Part shown: piece by piece, positions 1-13,327 of the stretch
Position numbering within the stretch: position 1 is the first letter of the stretch
How the letters are laid out: the number at the start of each line of letters is the position of its first letter
NCBI GenBank assembly: GCA_964016885.1
Contig: OZ024741.1
Location: 346,022,001-346,086,000, forward strand
Direction of reading: 5' to 3'
Length of the DNA stretch: 64,000 nt
Source of the DNA: Eledone cirrhosa
Lineage: Eukaryota
The notes under the pieces: generated by a model
What the model saw: only the letters and a program-made list of their open reading frames with translations
What the model was told of the DNA's origin: nothing
Databases searched by the model: none
Made by a program: the position numbers and the translations under genes

Positions 1-28
1 TATATTTATTTATATATACATACATATT

Positions 29-74
<46 letters not shown>

Positions 75-322
75 CGCACATACATATAAAGATATAGCCA
101 CACATCCACATGCATACACATACAAAAAAACTACAATAAATTATAAAAATGAATCTCAAAGGTACATAACCCACGTACATACGTACACATACGCGTGCGC
201 ACACGCACGCAATAAGAAATCAACACACGCATACAAATAAACATATACGTAAATCTATACACATATATAAACACATATATACTGATATACACAAAAACAT
301 ATATACAAGCAAAGGCATATAT

Positions 323-490
323 GGACACACTAGAAGTGGAAGACCAAGGTTAACGTATGTTGATGCCCTAAGGACAGACACTGGTCTGTTGGAGACGCAG
401 GACATGGCAGCGATAATGAGGGACAGAGACCGCTGGAGAGAACTCGTCCATGGATCTCGGGCATTTTACCCGCCTTAGATAGATAGATAT
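323..490 (+). mobile_element. 3' end of an RTE-clade LINE (ORF C-terminus plus short ATAG tail)
   Basis: 323-478 translates GHTRSGRPRLTYVDALRTDTGLLETQDMAAIMRDRDRWRELVHGSRAFYPP*, matching the RTE C-terminal pattern GRP..TY.D.L..D....M.DR..WR; followed by (atag)n. Confidence 0.8.
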
Positions 491-557
491 ATATATACAC
501 ATATATGCGTGTGTGTGTTTGCATGTGTGTATTCATGTATATGTTTATATGTGTATG

Positions 558-619
<62 letters not shown>

Positions 620-771
620 GATGCATATCTTGTGTATTTGTTTATATTTAAGTTGTTTTTTTATTTATCTCCAACCCCACCCACCCACACACACCCACAC
701 CTATCATTGTCAACAAGCCCCACCGTTTTTTTTACTTTACTTTGTTTTTGATTTTCATCTTTACTTTCTTT

Positions 772-832
<61 letters not shown>

Positions 833-833
833 C

Positions 834-959
834 TGGAAAAGAATGAAACGAAATTTCATTTCTCACTCTTAGTACGGCTGATACCTAAATATAGGTTTGT
901 ATACCTACATACATATATGTGTACAGACGTACACTAGTATGTATATATATACATACATG

Positions 960-996
<37 letters not shown>

Positions 997-1627
997 GTAT
1001 GGGTTTACCGAACATTTATTATGATGTTCGGTTTGTTTGTAAACAAACAGCCCGAATTACGCCGTACAGTGCTCGGCAACCATCGTCGCCCTTTTGTCAA
1101 CACTGACACAGGAACGATGTACTAGTTTCAAGCTTATTAGCTATCGTCAGCATCGTATAACTTTCTGTCAGATGATTGAACGTTTGAAAGCATATACTTT
1201 CCTTATGCATATTAACGGCTGAGCAGCCTAATTTGCATATCGAGTGAGTTAGTCGGCCGGGCATACCGTAAACGATAAATGGAAAAGAATTAAACGAAAT
1301 TTCATTTCTCACTCTTAGTACGGATGATACCTAAATATAAGTATGTATACGTACATACATATATGTATACAGACGCACACTAGTATGTATATATATACAT
1401 ACATGCACACATATATATATATATGTACGTATGGGTTTACCGAACATTTATTATAATGTTCGGTTTGTTTGTAAACAAACAGCCCGAATTACGCCGTACA
1501 GTGCTCGGCAACCATCGTCGTCCTTTTGTTCATACGTACATATATATATGTGTGCATGTATGTATATATATACATTCTAGTGTGCGTCTGTACACATGTA
1601 TATAGGTATGTATACATACTTATATTT
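834..1627 (-). mobile_element. ORF-less hammerhead-bearing element: about 1.55 tandem copies of a ~446-bp unit plus a short inverted arm (retrozyme-like / non-autonomous PLE)
   Basis: 834-1097 is repeated directly at 1280-1528 (tggaaaagaa at 834 and 1280). 1531-1627 is the reverse complement of about 1334-1432. Flanked by TA runs and contains a hammerhead. Confidence 0.8.
1114..1156 (-). ncRNA. Type I hammerhead ribozyme (minimal, palindromic stem III)
   Basis: Minus strand: acgatg CTGACGA t-agct-aata-agct-t GAAA ctag TA catcgt. Stem I 6 bp, intact core, ACTAGT palindrome in stem III, GUA cleavage triplet. Confidence 0.85.
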
Positions 1628-2373
1628 TATATATATACATATATTTTTTCGTATTTTTTGTTCTTATTTATTTATTTAGTTATTCCTGTTGCCTAACTAC
1701 TGTCCATATTTGTGTGTACATTTTTGAGTGCATATATATCTGTGTATATGTATGTGTATGTATTTATGTTCCTGTCCGTTTTTCTATGTAGACGCAAATA
1801 CGCTTATGTGAGAAAGTATCCATCTACGTACTTTTTAGTATATGCGCGTAGTTGAGTGTGTGTATGTTTACGTTCTGGATATTTATATTTTATATATATT
1901 TTTTTAAATTTTTTTGCCCTTTTTCCTTTTCGCCCGATTTTTTCAGCCTCACTTTCATATTTCCTAAATTTTGTTTTCAAATCCATATTTAATAAATACA
2001 CCATGTTTATATATATATATATATATAAAAGAAAATGAGGTTTTTTAAATGAAAAGAAACGAGATGTCCTGCACGAGTGAAAGTATAAGGAAAATAAATC
2101 GAAAATGAAACTGGAGTCTTTTTAAGAATATTTCTTTGTTTCCTTTACCGGTTTCACAGTTCTTATGGTTTTCAAAAGTAGAATTGAGATGGAGGGTTTT
2201 TGTTTTTTCTCGCATATATATATATTATATATTTTAATGACGTATTATATTCGTTTTTTTCCCGTTCTTTGCCAGCGAACGTTTCCACGAACCAACGTAT
2301 CGTCTTCCTGTCTTCCTCCGGTTGCAACGTTTTTTGAAATATCCACTTCTGCGTTTACAGATTGACTTTGTTA

Positions 2374-2441
2374 GTTTCAGAAGATCCCGTTAAGGGTGAA
2401 AGCAGCGATTCTTTGCTTAAACTTTAATCTGTTATTTTAAT
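2374..2441 (+). ncRNA. Degenerate hammerhead at a PLE-like 3' end; 3' part repeated at about 12952-13000
   Basis: gttt CAGAAGA tccc-gttaa-gggt GAAA gca...tgc TT aaac (core U4 mutated to A). gaaagcaRcgattctttgcttaaacWttaatctgttatt recurs at 12957 before (TA)n. Confidence 0.5.
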
Positions 2442-2443
2442 AA

Positions 2444-2474
<31 letters not shown>

Positions 2475-3084
2475 ATATATAATTTATGTTAGGTTGTTTA
2501 CCAATGGGTAGAAATGGTGTTTCGTGTTAGTAAACGATGATGCAACAAATTATATAAAGCATTCAACGTTATGAAAATCACCCATCGTAGATGTGGTATC
2601 CAGTGGTTGGTGCAGGAACGGAGTAAAGTATTCATTAAAACAACAACAGAAGGCCAGACTAGGAAATTTACTTTAGAATTTTAATTCCACGAATCATATT
2701 TCGATGGCTCAGCTTTATCATCCCATTATGATGCAAGACAAGGCAATTATATCTCGTATTATCTACAGAAACCAAACATAAGGTAGGATATAGATAACAT
2801 AGAAAGTAGAACATTTGATTCAGGATCAGACTACAAATATGGTGTCTTATCGATAGCAGACGTATGTGTGTGTAGGGGGGGGGGGTATGGTTGTGGATGG
2901 CTTACATGTGTACATTTGTGTTTATATGTGTGCATATGTTTTAAATAAATTTATGCTAATTTCTAGGTATGTCACATGGAATAATTTTTTCAAACTGTAC
3001 ATCTGCATGTTTTGATACCTATCTATACACCTGTAGGTTGAGGAAGATAAACAGGAATATATAAATAACAATAAATAAATAAAA

Positions 3085-3521
3085 AAACAACCAACAATAA
3101 ATAAATAAATAAATAAACAAATAGATAAATGAACACAAACACACACAGACACCCGGATGTGGCGCATGCGCAAACTGAGCACACAACACACACACAGAAA
3201 CAAAATGGCGTAGGATAGAAGAAAGGAAAGGCACAGAAACAAAGAAAGGAATCCCCAGTCACTGAAGAGGTCACAGAGTGTGTGACGAAAGGACTATGAC
3301 CATATATAAACAACTATCTGGTTGTGGAACCAACCAACCAACCAGAAATTTATAAGTTTGTAAATTTGTAAATTTATAAATTTGTAAATATATAATAAAT
3401 TGAAGTGAAAGCAACTGGTGCGTGTGTTTCTTATTGGCAACATGACCCTCCCAAAGTATAACAATATCGGTTTCAACACACGATTTCAGATAAAGAATCT
3501 TGCTACACAAATTCAGAAACG

Positions 3522-3527
<6 letters not shown>
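3085..3527 (+). mobile_element. Solo 3' pLTR and tail of PLE family B (same family as 35963-38250)
   Basis: Near-identical to about 37808-38250, ending ...ttcagaaacgaaata followed by (TA)n. Confidence 0.9.
3257..3301 (+). ncRNA. Type I hammerhead ribozyme, family B
   Basis: gtca CTGAAGA g gtcaca-gagtg-tgtgac GAAA ggac TA tgac. Confidence 0.7.
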
Positions 3528-3567
<40 letters not shown>

Positions 3568-3579
3568 TTAATATAGATG

Positions 3580-3630
3580 AGATTCTACAGGACTAGAACT
3601 GTTTCTTTCATTAGAAATCATCAGGAATCT
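3580..3630 (-). ncRNA. Type I hammerhead ribozyme, family A (intact copy)
   Basis: Minus strand: agattc CTGATGA tttc-taat-gaaa GAAA cag-ttctagtc-ctg TA gaatct. All three stems pair; GUA site. Confidence 0.9.
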
Positions 3631-4344
3631 GGGTATCAAAAAATAAATATGGTATTTATAGGTCTCTACAAGTGGTAGGAGAGGGTGGGGAGTTGGATGG
3701 GTGCAGGTCATTGGTTGATAGAAAAGGGAATTCATTAAAAGCTAATTCTACAAAGCTATAGTTAATTTTTATTTTTATTTATATTTATTTATGTTTTTAG
3801 AGTAACAAAGGCAGACAGAATTCTATAAACAGGTTCCGGATGGCATACCATTCCTTGTCAATAAGTTTCTCTTAAGCTAACAGATGTCTATAAAATCAGT
3901 AGGGGGTCAGTCAAGCTCGATAGAATTAAAGAAGAGGGAGATTCTTTAAAAGCTAAAGTCATTAAGGTTCTACTAAGTGACAAAGGTCTAGGGAATTCTG
4001 CAGACAGATTCAAAATACTGAGTGCATATCTTACTATTATCTTCGAACTTCTCTTAAACTAATCAACAATATGCCAAAATCAACAGACACATTCACAAAA
4101 AAACAAAAAAACAAAAAAACAAAAAAACAGAAAAACAAAAAAACACACATAAAAAACAAAAAAACTCACATACTCACTCACACACTTACGCGCAACCATA
4201 AACACACACACATACACATATACACACATAAAAACACACACACATATATAAAAAATATATAAATATATATAAAAATATATATTCATGTACACACACATAC
4301 ATACACACATACATATATAAAATACATATACACATATACATACG

Positions 4345-4415
<71 letters not shown>

Positions 4416-4433
4416 ACATATATATACAAACAC

Positions 4434-4482
<49 letters not shown>

Positions 4483-4533
4483 CACACATACACACACACA
4501 CACATATATATACATATATATATATATACATAC

Positions 4534-4586
<53 letters not shown>

Positions 4587-4747
4587 GACATACACATACA
4601 TACACACACACATATATATACACAAATAAATAGACTCACACGCATACATACAAACACGAGTATACATATGTATAAATATCTATACACACACACACATACA
4701 CACACATATATATATACATATACATACACATATATATACATATACAT

Positions 4748-4796
<49 letters not shown>

Positions 4797-4829
4797 TATA
4801 TATATATATATCTATACACACACATACAA

Positions 4830-4913
<84 letters not shown>

Positions 4914-5049
4914 ATACATACACAAACATACACATACATACACAGACCTATACATAAATATACACATATATATACAGACATATAACGCACATATACACAC
5001 ACATATATACATACACATACATATACACATACATATACATATATATACA

Positions 5050-5132
<83 letters not shown>

Positions 5133-5144
5133 GTATATACATAC

Positions 5145-5189
<45 letters not shown>

Positions 5190-5260
5190 CACCCACGCGC
5201 ATACACACATACACACACCCACACACAAAATATATATACACACACACTCTCTCTATCATG

Positions 5261-5291
<31 letters not shown>

Positions 5292-5339
5292 ACACACACA
5301 CATACACACACACATACACATATATATACATATATATAC

Positions 5340-5386
<47 letters not shown>

Positions 5387-5473
5387 TATACATATACATA
5401 CATATATATACATATATACACACACCTGCCCACACAATCATATACATATATATATACACATATACATATATAC

Positions 5474-5518
<45 letters not shown>

Positions 5519-5525
5519 TATACAC

Positions 5526-5559
<34 letters not shown>

Positions 5560-5655
5560 GCACACACATACATACATACACACACACACATACATATACG
5601 TATATACATATACACACATATATATATATATATATACATATATATACATATATAT

Positions 5656-6263
5656 GTCAGGTCACCAGTTGGTGCTACTGGTAACATGTATCCCAGTACA
5701 ACCTGTCTCATGATCGGGTCGTTGGCGACTAAACTGGCAACCCTACCAAGGTTTCTTGGTGAGGAGGGTGACTTTGGACATCCTGCAGGACTAAAAACAA
5801 AACCTGTCAAAGGGCAAGGGAGCTCTTAAGACTCAATAGCCATCCAAAATCACCGGGAGAGATGACCCCTTAGCCTTTGTCAAGGCAGAATTCTAGGAGA
5901 AGGAAAACTCTGATATAACACCTGCAACCCTGATGGTATCCAATGATGTTGACTTGTTCTTCTTTTTGGTAAATATCATCTTGGTTAAGAGAGTGGGACT
6001 GGCTTTGTGCAGTGCCTTTGCTCACTATAAAAGCTTCACAGCACAGGCATTGCTTTATATCTGGAGATCTCTCTGCACTTGTCATCACATGGTACCATGG
6101 GCCCTGCACTATGTGTCAATAATGGTCACAAGTGTAGTCTTTGTACCAGAGTTCTCAAGTCGCTGGCTGGACTAAAAAGTCACATTCGTTCAGCGCATCG
6201 GTAGGGGTTCTCCTACATGGATATAAAGTAGTGGTCGTACTCGAAAACGAGTTGGCAGCCACC
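5656..6263 (+). mobile_element. Internally deleted (bipartite) RTE-like element nested in the left arm of PLE A
   Basis: Absent from the mirror position (about 9245) in the right arm. Carries the RTE-like 5'UTR motif ctaggagaaggaaaactctga. 6124-6204 encodes [26 protein letters not shown], a terminal C2H2 finger as in RTE ORFs. 3' stem-loop ctcgaaaacgag; possible low-complexity TSD atatacatatatat. Confidence 0.75.
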
Positions 6264-6307
<44 letters not shown>

Positions 6308-6311
6308 GCAC

Positions 6312-6342
<31 letters not shown>

Positions 6343-6542
6343 CATGCATACATATATATATATATATACATACACACATATATATATACACATATATATA
6401 TACACACACATACATATACACATATATATACACACATATACACACACATACATACATACACACATACACAGACATATACATAAACATACACACACACATA
6501 CACACGTATACATACATACATACATACACATACATACACACA

Positions 6543-6594
<52 letters not shown>

Positions 6595-6748
6595 CATACA
6601 TATACACAAACACATACATACATATACATACAAAAATATACACACATAAAACACATATACACACAAACATATTTATATACACATACACATACATAAATAT
6701 ATATATATATACATATACGTATACACACACATATATATATATACATAC

Positions 6749-6805
<57 letters not shown>

Positions 6806-6945
6806 TATACATATACACATATATATATATATATACACATATACATACATACATACATATACACAAACACATACATACATATACCTACATAAATATACAC
6901 ACATAAAACACATATACACACAAACATATATATATACATATATAC

Positions 6946-7032
<87 letters not shown>

Positions 7033-7250
7033 TACACATATACACATATACAAACAAATATATACACATACAAGTAAATAGGTACTCAATAAATATACGC
7101 ATATACACAGGCACATAAAGACACCTCTACAGGCAGAAAATGTAGATACGAAAGAGGTACTCACATGACCATAGTGGCCGTATTTCAGGTTGAGGAGGGG
7201 TGGGGGTAGTGTGGGGAGGAGGTATAGGGGCCAGTAGGGGGAGGTCGTTT

Positions 7251-8140
7251 TTAGCCATCGGGCTTTAACACTGGCTTAAAGTGTTTGAATGTTGCAAAGT
7301 TCTTGTGCATGCAGTTCGGGCAGTGTTCAGAGAGTTTGTTCAGTAGCGGGCCCTTGGCGAATAAAATTTCGTAGCTCTCTGAAATACAAAGGTCGCAGCC
7401 CTTGTGTCCTCCGTTGTAAGAGCGCGCTTACTGGAGTATTTTCCAATTAAGCGCGAAGGGGGTGGAGTTCCTTTTGAGGTCCCAAACGTAGGAGGCGAGT
7501 GTTGTTTGATTTGATTTATCCGGTCTTCTGAAGGAGTGGGTATGGGCATACCAGCGGGTCTTAAAGGTGTTGGAGGTCATGCCGATGTAAGTTTTTTTGC
7601 AATCCTCGGTGCCCGAGATGACATCGCATTTGTATACGATGTCATTTGTGAGGCATTTGTTTTCTAGTGGGCATGCTTCCTTATTTAGGCAATTACATAG
7701 AGCCCCAGTCCGGGGATTGGTTTCGGAGGTGGTTGGCTTATTTAGTTTAGAGTTGTGGTTGGCTATATTCCTAGCTAGGTTAGGTGTGGTGGAGTAAGAA
7801 AGTCTTATAGTGTTCTTATTAAAGATGGTGTAGTACCTATGTTGTATGGGGAAGTGTAATTTCAGTAAAGTGAAGAAAATCCTAGCTATCGGAGTAGATA
7901 CCTCTCTATTGAAGGGAGGGTTGTACCAGCTAATCTGCCTATGTCTATTCCTCCTCTGCAATTTTGCGGTGGTTTCTAGGTAAGTTATCTTATCTTTAAA
8001 TCCGCTACGGGCTAGGGCGTCATTGAAGTAGGAGGCAGATGCATTAAAAATATCTTTGTTGGCGGAGAGGCCAGATATTCTAATAGAGACGCTTTTTACT
8101 AGGTTATCAGTAATGTTTTGGGGGTGGTTTGAATTAACAT
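7251..8140 (-). pseudogene. 5'-truncated PLE ORF: RT thumb, Cys-rich linker and GIY-YIG endonuclease (probably Hydra-type PLE)
   Basis: SNHP..WYNPPF..LSYS..CNCLNKEACPLENKCLTNDIVYKC..YIGMTSNTFKTRWYAH..WKIL. A premature TAA at 7428-7430 reads through in frame to ARSYNGGHKGCDLCISE..LLNKLSEHCPNCMHKNF..DG* (stop 7251-7253). Confidence 0.9.
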
Positions 8141-8420
8141 GCATGCACAAGAACTTTGCAACATTCAAACACTTTAAGCCAGTGTTAAAGCCCGATGGCT
8201 AAAAACGACCTCCCCCTACTGGCCCCTATACCTCCTCCCCACCCTACCCCTACCCCTCCTCAACCTGAAATACGGCCACTATGGTCATGTGAGTACCTCT
8301 TTCGTATCTACATTTTCTGCCTGTAGAGGTGTCTTTATGTGCCTGTGTATATGCGTATATTTATTGAGTACCTATTTACTTGTATGTGTATATATTTGTT
8401 TGTATATGTGTATATGTGCA

Positions 8421-8517
<97 letters not shown>

Positions 8518-8655
8518 GTATATATGTATATATATATGTTTGTGTGTATATGTGTTTTATGTGTGTATATTTATGTAGGTATATGTATGTATGTGTTTGT
8601 GTATATGTATGTATGTATGTATATGTGTATATATATATATATGTGTATATGTATA

Positions 8656-8704
<49 letters not shown>

Positions 8705-8858
8705 GTATGTATATATATATATATATGTGTGTGTATATGTATATGTATATATATATATATTTATGTATGTGTATGTGTATATATATATGTTTGTGTGTAT
8801 ATGTGTTTTATGTGTGTATATTTTTGTATGTATATGTATGTATGTGTTTGTGTATATG

Positions 8859-8942
<84 letters not shown>

Positions 8943-9078
8943 TGTGTGTATGTATGTGTATGTATGTATGTATGTATACGTGTGTATGTGTGTGTGTATG
9001 TTTATGTATATGTCTGTGTATGTGTGTATGTATGTATGTATGTGTGTGTATATGTGTGTATATATATGTGTATATGTA

Positions 9079-9127
<49 letters not shown>

Positions 9128-9197
9128 ATATATATATGTGTGTATGTATATATATATATATATGTATGCATGTATATGTATGTATGTGTGTATGTAT

Positions 9198-9255
<58 letters not shown>

Positions 9256-9300
9256 GTATATATATATATATATGTGTGTATATGTATATATGTATATGTA

Positions 9301-9331
<31 letters not shown>

Positions 9332-9335
9332 GTGC

Positions 9336-9367
<32 letters not shown>

Positions 9368-9372
9368 GTATA

Positions 9373-9441
<69 letters not shown>

Positions 9442-9518
9442 GTATATATGTATATGTGTATATATATATGTATATGATTGTGTGGGCAGGTGTGTGTATA
9501 TATGTATATATATGTATG

Positions 9519-9565
<47 letters not shown>

Positions 9566-9710
9566 GTATATATATATATATATATATGTGTGTATGTGTG
9601 TGTGTATGTGTGTGTGTATGTATATATATATATATATATATATGTGCATGATAGAGAGAGTGTGTGTGTATATATATTTTGTGTGTGGGTGTGTGTATGT
9701 GTGTATGCGC

Positions 9711-9760
<50 letters not shown>

Positions 9761-9771
9761 GTATGTGTATG

Positions 9772-9870
<99 letters not shown>

Positions 9871-10045
9871 ATATATATATGTATATATGTATATATATAT
9901 ATATATATGTATATATATGTATATGTATGTGTATATGTATGTGTATGTATATATGTGTGTGTATATGTGCGTTATATGTCTGTATATATATGTGTATATT
10001 TATGTATAGGTCTGTGTATGTATGTGTATGTTTGTGTATGTATGG

Positions 10046-10077
<32 letters not shown>

Positions 10078-10114
10078 TTGTATGTGTGTGTATAGAGATA
10101 TATATATATATATA

Positions 10115-10161
<47 letters not shown>

Positions 10162-10326
10162 ATGTATATGTATATATATGTGTATGTATATGTATATATA
10201 TATGTGTGTGTATGTGTGTGTGTGTATATATATTTATACATATGTATACTCGTGTTTGTATGCATGCTTGTGAGTCTATTTATTTGTGTATATATATGTG
10301 TGTGTGTGTGCATGTATGTGTATGTC

Positions 10327-10377
<51 letters not shown>

Positions 10378-10481
10378 GTATGTATATATATATATATGTA
10401 TATATATGTGTGTGTGTGTGTATGTGTGTATATATATATATGTATATATATATATATGTATATGTGTTTGTATATATATGT

Positions 10482-10559
<78 letters not shown>

Positions 10560-11283
10560 GCGTATGTATATGTGTATATGTATTTTATATATGTATGTAT
10601 GTATGTATGTGTGTATGTATGTGTGTGTACATGAATATATATTTTTATATATATTTATATATTTTTTATATATGTGTGTGTGTTTTTATGTGTGTATATG
10701 TGTTTGTGTGTGTGTTTATGGTTGCGCGTAAGTGTGTGAGTGAGTATGTGTGTTTTTTTGTTTTTTATGTGTGTTTTTTTGTTTTTCTGTTTTTTTTTTT
10801 TGTTTTTTTGTTTTTTTGTGAATGTGTCTGTTGATTTTGGCATATTGTTGATTAGTTTAAGAGAAGTTCGAAGATAATAGTAAGATATGCACTCAGTATT
10901 TTGAATCTGTCTGCAGAATTCGCTAGACCTTTGTCACTTAGTAGAACCTTAATGACTTTAGCTTTTAAAGAATCTCCCTCTTCTTTAATTCTATCGAGCT
11001 TGACTGACCCCCTACTGATTTTATAGACATCTGTTAGCTTAAGAGAAACTTATTGACAAGGAATGGTATGCCATCCGGAACCTGTTTATAGAATTCTGTC
11101 TGCCTTTGTTACTCTAAAAACATAAATAAATATAAATAAAAATAAAAATTAACTATAGCTTTGTAGAATTAGCTTTTAATGAATTCCCTTTTCTATCAAC
11201 CAATGACCTGCACCCATCCAACTCCCCACCCTCTCCTACCACTTGTAGAGACCTATAAATACCATATTTATTTTTTGATACCC

Positions 11284-11334
11284 AGATTCCTGATGATTTC
11301 TAATGACTGAAACAGTTCTAGTCCTGTAGAATCT
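11284..11334 (+). ncRNA. Type I hammerhead, family A (mirror copy, stem II damaged)
   Basis: agattc CTGATGA tttc-taat-gact GAAA cag-ttctagtc-ctg TA gaatct; gaaa>gact breaks two stem II pairs relative to the 3580 copy. Confidence 0.8.
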
Positions 11335-11416
11335 CATCTATATTAAAACTGTTATACTCTGCTATGTATTGAGTACCTTACTTACTGTGGTTACCTCCGA
11401 TTCAACCCGGAATAAC

Positions 11417-11695
<279 letters not shown>

Positions 11696-12240
11696 AATAG
11701 ATATAGACGTAAACATATTTGCAGACTATTGGTGCCTGCATATAATCATTATATTAATTACGCATTTGTTTTTCTTATCTTCGCTCTCGTTACACTATTA
11801 TTTAGTATTTTGGTCGCCTACTTTCAATAATTAATATATATTGGCGATAATTATGCTTATCTGTTGACCTTTTCTTCTTAGTATGTAATGGTTTCTGATA
11901 CAGTTAGGCACATAATAATTTGTGTGTGTGTTTGAGCCTTTGCTTATATGTCTGTGTGTGTGTGTGTATATGGCTGGATGTGCATATACGTGTGTCTGTG
12001 TGTGTTCGTGTATATGTCTACTGTTTATTGCATTTTTATACAGGTAAATGTGTGTTAATGTCTTTCTATTTGAGTATATGTTTTGGTATTAATCCATGTA
12101 TGAAGCTATCCATGTTTATATGTATGTATGTATGTGTATGTATGTATGTATTTATGTATGTGTGCAACTATGAATGTATGTATGCAAGCATGTATGTATG
12201 TATGTTTGAGAATGTATGAATTAATGCATGTATGTATATA

Positions 12241-12299
<59 letters not shown>

Positions 12300-12310
12300 G
12301 TATATACATA

Positions 12311-12358
<48 letters not shown>

Positions 12359-12366
12359 TACATATG

Positions 12367-12462
<96 letters not shown>

Positions 12463-12470
12463 GTATATAC

Positions 12471-12568
<98 letters not shown>

Positions 12569-13120
12569 CATATGTATCTATATATATGTGCATATGTTTC
12601 TTTTAAGAATTTATGTATGCATTATATGTATGCATCTCATGAAAATGATAAAGTGTGCCAGTGTGTGTGTGCATAGATGTAGCTCTGATTGTGTTTAGGT
12701 TTTATATGTATGTCTTTATGTATGCGCATGAGTGGATGCGAGTGTGTGTCTGTATATGTTTACGTATACATATGCCACAATGTAGTGGAACGTGATACGA
12801 TGTGATAAATAAAGAAGAAAAAGAAGCAGCAATGCACACATACACACACGCCCCCCCCCCACACACACACACACATAAAATAATAATAAATGTGAAGACT
12901 AAAATCCGAAGAGGGCTCGATATGTAAAATTTATATATAAAGATATATAAAAGGGCGAAAGCAACGATTCTTTGCTTAAACATTAATCTGTTATTCTAAT
13001 ATATATATATATGAATAAACATTGTTGTCTCAGATCGAGTGGATGCGATAGTATATTTTTATTCATTAAAAAATAAATGAGAAAACGCATCGCTATAATA
13101 GCTGTTGAAACAGCCAAATA

Positions 13121-13327
13121 ATGGTTTCTTATTTAGGCAAAAGGCCAGCATTTTGGGGGTGGAGGCAGTCGATTAAATCGATCCCAGTGCATGACTGGTA
13201 CTTTGTTGTATCGACTCCGAAAAGATAAAAGGCAAACTTAACCTTTGCGGGATTTGAACTCAGATCATAAAGGGACGTAACTCTATGCCACAAACCATAG
13301 CGTCCGACCTTCTACCGATACTGCTCA
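13121..13327 (-). mobile_element. tRNA-derived SINE (major family in window)
   Basis: Reverse complement has A-box-like cagtatcggtag, B-box gagttcaaatccc, core tttgccttt..gtcgata..aaagtaccag and tail ggcctt.tgcctaaa..agaaacc. Confidence 0.85.

Noticed and set aside
6124-6204. C2H2 zinc finger as a host ZNF gene exon
   Set aside because: A single finger directly before a stop and an RTE-type 3' end, inside an insertion absent from the mirror arm.
8289-10634. 781-aa ORF and the many other YI/CV/HT-rich ORFs
   Set aside because: Translations of (TA)n/(TG)n/(CA)n mosaics, which lack stop codons in most frames; no domain content.
3564-11350. DNA transposon with very long terminal inverted repeats
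   Set aside because: The arms include the end of a GIY-YIG ORF and a hammerhead and only one arm has the tail. This is the PLE inverted-pLTR pattern; no transposase is present.
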